A stretch of DNA of 20,000 nucleotides, taken from the IMG/VR virus record IMGVR_UViG_3300032092_000024. One strand, written 5' to 3'. The notes below the pieces were generated by a model that was not told the DNA's origin, searched no databases, and saw only the letters and a list, made by a program, of their open reading frames with translations. The translations under genes were made by a program, and so were the position numbers. Origin of the DNA: an uncultured virus (IMG/VR IMGVR_UViG_3300032092_000024). Its lineage: Duplodnaviria; Heunggongvirae; Uroviricota; Caudoviricetes. Position 1 is the stretch's first letter; every line of letters starts with the position of its first letter. Below are positions 1 to 9,000 of this stretch, piece by piece.

Positions 1-3000
1 CTCATCTGTGGTGAGCCCCATCTTTTCGTAGTAAGAACGAAGAGCCGAGAAATCTTCAAACAGGACATCGACAGCTTCTGGATCGACTTGGGAAACGATA
101 TTAATGTGGGCCAACAATGCTTCTGCCAAGTCATTGATTGCATCTTTGTTGAGACGGATTTCGTCATCGGGACGGCTGGCGGCAGATACTTTACCCAGCC
201 GGCGTTTGAATCTCTGCAAGCTTTCGATAACAACCTGGTCTTGGTTTGCTCGGCGCAAAGCTTCGAGCAGTCCAGAAACGCGTCCCGATGTTGGGGTTTT
301 CGGCGTTAGTTCTTCAAGCTTATCGATAACTTTCTTGACCCCAGGATTAGAGAGAAGTTCATTGACTGCTTTGCCGTTGGCGTTGGCCAGGCTCAAATCA
401 ATATCATTCAACTCAGGTAGATAAGGTTCAATCCTATGCTTGGCTGCCTGCTCGAGAGTTTTGTTGATGACGAAGTTCATCGCCGTTGGTTTCCCGGCTA
501 CGATGTTGAATACCTTGGCCAACTCGACCGAACGTCCAGCCTCAGTAAAGTATTTCTTTGTCAGGAAGATTTGGAGATTGGCCATATCCTCGGCCGCATC
601 TGGGTCTTCATCTGCCCGGGCGTTTAGATCAGATACAACTTGCAAGGCAATGGCAGTTTCAAGAGAGAAAGGAATTGCTAGGTTGTCGGCCAGCAATAGA
701 GAAACAGTTTGCTCAACGCCGTGAAGCTCGACGAAGTCGCGGGCTTTCTGCATGAGAACTTCTTTGGGCTGTTGTTTGTACTCAGCCGCGTTCCGCATAT
801 AGTGTTCAATCTCAGGGTTGGCCTGAAGATCGGCAAGTTTGTTGACGGCTTTGGAGTATTCGATTCTTCCAGCGGGCGAAGCTCCGGCACCACGGACGGG
901 ACCAACTTTAGAGAAGACGTAGGCGTAGCTGGTCGAATTCTGGATTCTGTAGTATAGCAATTTACGTTTTTCAAGCGGGTAGCTTTCCCCTTCAAAGGTA
1001 ATCGGCTGGTTCTTATTGGTCTTATAAAGAGTATTGATGGTAGATACCAGAGCCTGATTGGGTGTTTTCTCAACCCCAGACACAACCTCATATCCGGGCA
1101 ACGCAAGATTGTACCGGATGAATGGCTTGGCGGGAGTGGACATCAACCTCAAGTCCACAGTATGAATCCGAGGGTCGGGCTTAAGCCGTTGGTCTAACGG
1201 GATCGGATTGTTGTTCGAGTCGAACGTAACGGGGTCGGCGGAACCAATCGCTACCGGTAGAATCACCGCACCCTCCCAGTTCCTGCGCGCTCTTTCCAAG
1301 GCGTGCTGGAAGTTAAGCCCCTTCATTCCGTCAATGAAAGGTTCCTGCCCATCAAACTTAACGACAACAACAATCTCTGTTGAGTATTGAGCCTGATCGT
1401 ACATTTGATTGTCCGTTCCATCAGCCTTAAAGCCAACGTAAGCAAGAGGAGTATTGGCGTAGTTGGTGGACGGGTATGGGCGGGCGAACCGCAGGGCGGC
1501 TTTCTCGAAGATCTTTCCGGCCAATCCGAATTGATTGTTGGCGATAGCTTTATCGTATTCGGCTTTTTCTTGCTCGGTTACACGGAGTGAAACAGGAGAA
1601 CTCCCAACCGCGGCTCTCCGCGGGAAGCGTTGTTTGATATCTATCACGGTACCGCGATTATCCCTAACAATAGGATCGGCTTGTTTGATCTGGGTATTGG
1701 AGAAAACAATGTACGAATCAGACGGGACAAATGTTCTGCCAGCCGCTTCGTCAGCGATCTTACCTTCAAAGTTATTGGTATAGATCACACCATCATATCC
1801 CTTTTGGATAAGGATTCTTTGAAGCGCAGATTCTCTGAAGCCACCAGTCTTTCTCAGATTGGCGATGGCGTCATACTCTTCTTGGGTAATGGTGTTAGAG
1901 GCGAGCAACTGCGGGGCAATAGAATCAAAATTCCACTTACCGTTTTTTGGGTCTTCAAGACGGATAGGGTTAACCAGTTTGATAGCAGCTCGATAAACAT
2001 TCTTTCCAGAGCTTTCCGCCTGCTCGAAACGCGATCCAAAGTGAGCCCCAAACTGCGGACTCTTGGTCGAGCTAGTACTTTCAAATACCTGCTTGGGGTC
2101 CGTCGAGAACGCGGGGAACGCCTCGGCGGAAGTTCCATGCCAGACACCAACGAGGTTAAATCCTTCAGCCTTAAGATTGTCGTCTACAATTTTCTGGGCT
2201 AGCAGAATGTTCTGAGATAGAACAGCGGCTTTATAAATTGCATTCTCATTCTGTTCAGCGGGAGATTCTCCATCATTGAAAGCGGCAATCTTTTCGCGTA
2301 GGGCGAGAACTTCCTTGCGCATCTTCATCCACTGTGCGCGTTCGGCTTTTGCCTCTTTACTTTCCTCACCCGTCTCAACATTAATGATAGGGAAAGCCCC
2401 GCTGCGGTCGTCACCCAGCACATCAATATCGTCAATGATCAGCTTCAAGGCATTTAATTGCCAAGCCTCAGTGGAGGTGTCTTGTTCAAGGGGTTCGGAT
2501 TCTTCCAAGGAATCGATCCTAGCTTGGACTTCATCCCGGCTAGGTTTGGGTAGAGATTCGATAATTCCGGCAACCGTCACGCCGGCCTTCTTCATGTTGT
2601 CGACCTGCCTGTTGACGCTTACGGGGGACTTGGTGAAGGGGACGAAAGCTTCCACGGGCAATACAATTCCACCTTCCTCAAGAGGAGTTTCGGTCAAATC
2701 TTCCGTAACTTTAAGAGCATTATTGTTAATAACATAAAGGCTGGCTTTGCCATCACGTAGGGCCATTTCCGTGGCTGCTTTGTAAATCATGTACTCTTCT
2801 TTTGTAATCAGCCCACCATTGAAAGCGCCGGTTAAAGCATTCAACCATTGGGCTATTGGCATTGTCCTTGCGTTGTCATTCGCGGGCATGACGCCAAGGA
2901 TTCCGGTTGCAAGGTTTCCTTCGAGGAAGTTATTGATCTGGCGGTAAAGCCGAAGATCTCCGAAATCAAGTTTGGTGGGCTGGCGCAAAGCGTTCGGGGA

Positions 3001-6000
3001 TTCCCCAGTAAAAACTTCCTCCTTAGGAGAGATCTCGCTCACAAGATTCTCTAGGTCTTTTCTAACTTCCTCCAAGGCTGATCTCAAAGCCTGAGCATTT
3101 GGAGCCTTAGACGTCCCCAATTTAGTCCCTACTCCCGACAACGTATCAATAAAGTTCTTCAACCATTCTAACAATTTCTCAATGAACCCAGTGTTTTCGC
3201 CAACTGTCATTGTCTTGATAAGATTATAAGCCCTTACAGCTTCTTGACGATTTTGTCCAATAGCGGAAATTTCTGTGGTTTTCCCAAATGTTCTTAACTG
3301 TGTGAGAATTCTTTTGTACTCAAGAGCAATCAAGAAAGGATCGTTCATGAGATCATTGACATTCTTCTGTGCGGCTTCGTTGTTAATCGGGATTCCGTGT
3401 TTTATGTAGTAAAGTTCAGCAACAAGACGACGTAATCCCAGGCTCATCATGCTTCCAAGTCGTGTGTTCTCTTGCACAACATCTTCACCGCGGGCTCTGG
3501 AATTTCTAAAATCCTCAACGTGAATAATTTCTTCAGCAAGAATCTTAGCAATATATTCTCTTGCCTGTTCTTCGGTTAACTCATACTGGGCAACAGCCGC
3601 AAGAATTCCTTCTGGGTTAATTACAATCTTGTCGTCCTCATCGCTATCCCCAGGGAACGCCATACCGACTCCGTCGGCTTCGTTATCAAACTCAACATTG
3701 TAGTTGCCGTCTGGGTACACTTCTTGAAGAGCCGCGGTAACTTGATTCTCAAGTCTGGAAGTTGGGGTTTCGGCTTTTGGGGCAGGCTCAATTTTGATGG
3801 TCTGAGTCTTTGCTCCCTCAACTTGAGTCGGCTCCGGCTTGAAGGTAGGTTTGTTAATCGGATTGTCGTTGACGTCCAGCTTATCGAAGCCTGCTTCCAT
3901 GGTCGCGTTGAGCGAACGGATACGAGCGGAATGACGATCCAATGCCCATTGGTCAGCATCCGTATCGGAGATGAGCATGTACACATCAACAGGGCTGGCC
4001 GTGTCTAGACGCCACGCGCGATAGATACCTTGGACGGTATCGATAGCTGTGACAGAAGGAGTGAGCATGATAATCGAACGACGACGTCCACCGTTGGCTG
4101 GGCCAAACTTATCGTCTAATTCAATACCAACTCCACCCTTGTTTAAAGTCGTGATAAGAACGTCGGCGTTCTGTTTGTTGAACAAGTCAATCGATTGTTT
4201 ATCCTGGCCCTTCGGTCCTTTGGCTTCTCCGTGGAGTTCAGCCACAACCGCGGCCGATTTGCGACGGGCGAGTTCTTTGCGAATAAGATCTGCTGTACCT
4301 TTTAACCCCAAGATATACTCGTCAGTAACTGGGTTATTGATCTCAGAATCCTTTACATAGGAAACATACAGCACTACTTGTCGACCGAGTGCTACTTCTT
4401 TTTCGATCAAGTCGCAAGCGGCATTAACTTTAAACTCTTCTAACGCGCGTCTTTGAGAAATAATTAAGTTAATTTCAGCCCCAGGAGTTTCAGGATTGGG
4501 ATACTTTTGGCGAATGAAATCCAAACGTTCTTTGGCTTCTTCGGATACTGGAACGTCGACTCGGTTGACGGTTACTCCGCCTTCCAACGAGAACGATCTG
4601 GAAGAAAACAATCCGATACTAGACAATCCCTTGAGGAGTTTTGACTGCCTATCGTCGAGTTCTTCTAACGATAACGCGGGGTCTGCAATCCATGTTGAGC
4701 GGTTACTCTTGCCAAGCTTGGCCTTAACCTGGCCTAAGCCCGTCATTACCTGGTCGAAAGAGGCTTTGTCGAAAATACCTAGACGCTCATAAGCTTTGAG
4801 TTGTTCGGGTTTCTCGAATGGGGTTCCAGATGCAAACAAAACTTTGTCCGCTAGCAAAGATATTTCAAGAGCTAGAGGGGCTTCTTTCTGACCCTTCTCC
4901 TGAGCCTTGTGAACACCACGAACGCTTTGATGTTCGTCGAACAAAACCACAGCATCCGGGTTTTCTCTAACTACTTTGGCGACGTCGTCGATGTAATTAT
5001 AAGTTGTGACAACTACTTTCCCGGGGAAAAGCTCGGTAAGCCCGGGCCCTTCTTTCGCTCCACGGACAACAAGCGGAACGCCGAGAGCTTCTGCTGCCGT
5101 CGCTATCGACCCCTCAACCCGGCTGTTCAACCAATCAATATTCTTGAATGATGTGGCCGAGCTGATGTAGATAACCTTTTTACCCTGCTCGGCGTAGTGC
5201 TTTGCCGCGCCCATGAGAACAAAACTCTTTCCAGTTCCGGGTCCGTTGGCCAACAAGAATGCCCGTTGCTGAGATTCATCCATCGCTGAGATGGCCGAAA
5301 CAAGATCATAAATCTGTTCCTTGAACAGAATCTGAAGCGTAGCGGGGCTGATTGTCTTTCTTACATTCGGGTTGATTTGACTGTGGGCTCCGAAGGGGAA
5401 GACGAACTTCTTGGGGAGGGCTGGACCTTTGCCCCGAACCCCCACTGCCTCTGTGCCAACAACTCCTCCGGAGTTAGGAAGTTGTCCTGACTCTCCTGCT
5501 TCAGCGACTGCATCACCTCCTGCGGGCTTTTGCGTGGGCTGTTTCCCCTCGGGTCTGGTAACGGCACTGGGCTCAGGTTGAGTTGTCCCAGCAGTTTCTG
5601 TCGTAATGACTGTGGGGGATACGACACCTTTGGTTCGCTTAGAGAGGTTTTTGACGGCTCGTTCGTCAGAGTTTCTTGCGGCTTCATCTTCTGCTGTTTC
5701 ATATTTTGCATCCTTTCGTACTCCTTTGGTCAATAGAACAAGCGAATCGCGCAGGTTTTTTTGACCACGTTTTTGTATTACTGGGTCGGTTGATTGTTGT
5801 GACTTGTTAAATTCTTCTTGTATCTTTTCAAGCTTGGCTACGGCTGCGCCATATTGCTTTTCATTTAGATCGTTTTTGAAAAAGTCAATATCAGTCTTAG
5901 CGTCCTTGATCGAAACTTCAGGATTAAATGTGGAAAGCATAACTGCTTCTATGCCTTCAAGCGTACTAATGATTACGTTGGCAGTTTGAGCATCCCTAGA

Positions 6001-9000
6001 AATTGTTATTCCATACCCACCACCATTTGAGTTATCCCCATTCAAAAGATTCTCGTATAAATCGGCATCTATATATGCAAGCTCTTGCGCCAACCGAATC
6101 TCTTTAATAATTGAGGCAACCTGTGCGTCGGTTATGGTGTCGCCTTTCCGCGCTTTGTTTGTTATTTTAGGCTGTACTGGAACGGGAAGATTTCCAGCAG
6201 CTTGTCTCGCCTGGTACTCGGCCTTGACTACTTTTTGGAACTCGGCAAACAACTTGGCGCCACGACGTTTGACCGTCTGTTCTGACATCCCAGAGGCAGC
6301 AACTGCGCTTTGCAAATTGCGCATCCCAATAGCCCATTCAAAAGAAACGGCATCAATCCCGTTCTTAAGGGATGATCGGAAAGGTATCTTTAACTCTTCT
6401 ACAATAAGCTTTGCTGATTCTTTATACTCGGAATTCTTTGTTTGCTCACCCAAAGTTTCAGCAACCTGATCTTCTAATGGCGCTTTGTCTACAGTCTCTT
6501 CTTGGGTAACTTCGTCTCCACTGGCGGTAGATTGTTCGCTTTGCCCCTCAATAAACTGTACAGCTCCTCCACCAACTCCAGCCCGTAGACGAGGGATAGC
6601 CAGCTCAAAGAAATCCCCAAGCTCAAACTTAAAGACTGTGCTTAAAGTTACTTTCTTATTCTGTCGCATCAAATCTTGGGCATTAGCAACAATCGCAGAT
6701 CTGATTTGGTCTCCCGCGTCGAAACCTTTATACTTATCAAACCGAGGACTATTATTAAAGTAGTCTTGTTGCCTATTGCTATAGGCTATGATGACTTCAT
6801 TAGGCGTCATCAGGAAATCACCCGTCTCACTGATCGCCCCAAGGTCTTCAAGGAGAGCAAAAGTACTTGCGTTATTGAGGTCAAATACTTCGCCCAATCC
6901 AATTGTGTTGTCTTCTAAAGGATGGGGCTTGGAGTTTGCTAGCCTTACTTGAACCGCACCCCCGGGTTTATTGGAGGCCAAGATGGCTTCACCTCGCTCG
7001 ATCAACTTGCCGTTTCCATATTTCTCTCTGGTCTTCTCTTCCTGTTCGTCGGCAGAACGATCATTTTCAGCTGCTACTCTGGCCTTTTCTTTTTCTTTTA
7101 TACTTTCTGCCCGCACGTTTACCCCCTCCAATTCTTTTTGTTTGGCGGCCCGATCCGGTCCGGGGGGAAGTTTATCAATTTCTTCCTGTAATTTAACGGC
7201 CTGCTGTTTATTATTATAAACATCTTCTCTTAACTTTTTACGGAAAGCTTTTTGTTCGATTGCTTTTTGATCTTCAGCGGGAACTTCTTCAGGTCTATTT
7301 TCAACATTTCCTTCTTCCGGGTATGTTTTTGCAAGATCATTTAATTCATCTAAACTTTTTGCGTCGTAAACAATATCGTACATTTGATCTAATTGTTCCT
7401 GAGAATAGCCACCGGACTCTTCGCGCTTCCTTAAAAATTCATCTTTGTCGTTGGGTAATATTTCGGTAGGGTCAGATTCCCCGTACCAAACCCCATCAGA
7501 ATCTCTGACACCTAGAACTGTATAAACACCCGTATTCTTATCTTCCTTTGCGTAGACATCTCGATTGCCGTTCGCCCATTCCTTAAATCGGTTGGTATCT
7601 TCGCTCGGTTTGAATCTCAATGGGGTTTCGTCTTGGCCCATCGAATCAATCATGGATTGAAGCAAGGTTTGAGTTTCTTCCTCGTTAGTGGGAATATCTT
7701 TAAACGTGAGGGCTGCTGGCTCGACGTCCACGTACCGGGGCTTGGTCGGTTGAGTCTTGGGGGCTTCGGTTACTGGAGTGACGGGTTGTTCACTCGTAAT
7801 AGCGGGGGCAACAGTTTCAGAAGGGGCAATAGGGGCGGTGGGTTCTTCGACTTTCTGCGTAAGTTCTTCGGCAATACGTTCGCCTTCAGCGGTGACGTCC
7901 ATTCCAACTTGTTCTGTTTGTTCGGTCAGTACTTTATGAGTTTCAGGAGAAATTGAGGGATCAACTTTATCCAAAGCAGCTTTAAGGCGAACACCTTTTT
8001 CAACACTAGTGAACAACTGAGTAAACTGGGGTTCAATGTTATTCCGCAAGGATTCAATCTGAGCCTGCTTGGTTTCGTCGTCTAAGCCAGGGTCATTGAC
8101 AACTGCTGAAATCTGATCGCGGTAAGCAACTGCTTTGTATTGGTTAACCAGATATTGAATCTGTCTGTAATTGGATCGGAATCCAAGGGCTCGCATTCCA
8201 AGCCCGGCGCCACCGGCCGCGGCAAGAGACTCGGCCATCCGGGCAACAGGATCTTGAGCGGTCAGAATGTTCTGGATAACGTCAGAAGTAAATTCCCCGG
8301 CAGTCATGGCGCCGGCTCCCAAAGCGTAGGTCGCCAAAGCTCCGGCTAAAGGTTTGTTCTTTAGTACTGACCCTTTCGCAAAATCGGAAGCGAACGCGCG
8401 CATAGCTCCGTCTTCGATGCCCCTTTGACTCAACTCTTCCGCCAAGGCCATGGAAATGCCCTCTGATCCGATAGATGCCAATCGATCGTACCAAGGGAGA
8501 TCGCGAGGATCATTCTTCAATGATTGGCTCGTTCCCAGTGTTCCATAGAGAGCGGCTCTAGATAAGGGGGTAGCTGTCTTTTCGGTTCCAGCTGCGGTCT
8601 TGGCCAAGCTTTGCGCTAGTTCTTTTCCGAATAACTCTTCAGCTCCGGCGACGGCTTCAGCTTTACCAACAGCGCCAAACGCTTTGGCCGCAAGTCCACC
8701 ACCCAAAGCAAACTGAGACACGGAGCCAAGAACAGAACCTGCAAGTGTTGACCCGAGATAGTCTTTCCCAACAACCTCGTTAATTGCTTCGGTTAACGCC
8801 GCTCGTTTTGCAACCTGATCGAAATCTTTTTCGTCAATTACGATGTCGCCTACTCCGATGAAAGGAAGGAAAGTATCACCAGTATTTACTGCGAAGTTAC
8901 GAAGTCCTGCTGTTCCGAGGGCTTTACGACGATCGCTTTTAAGATCTTTAAGATATTCCTGCGCTCGGCCAATCGTCATCCCCGCGGTAAATAGAGTTCC

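Noticed and set aside
2500..2880. MPIAQWLNALTGAFNGGLITKEEY...SRDEVQARI, reminiscent of a helical module in other large polyvalent proteins
   Set aside because: The resemblance is too vague to name a family or function without a profile search.
678..5309. Alternative-frame minus-strand ORFs 678..1106, 1854..2150, 3621..3989 and 5127..5309
   Set aside because: They are nested in the giant gene, mostly over constrained domains, and I saw no convincing SD like the one at 5711. Treated as chance open frames.
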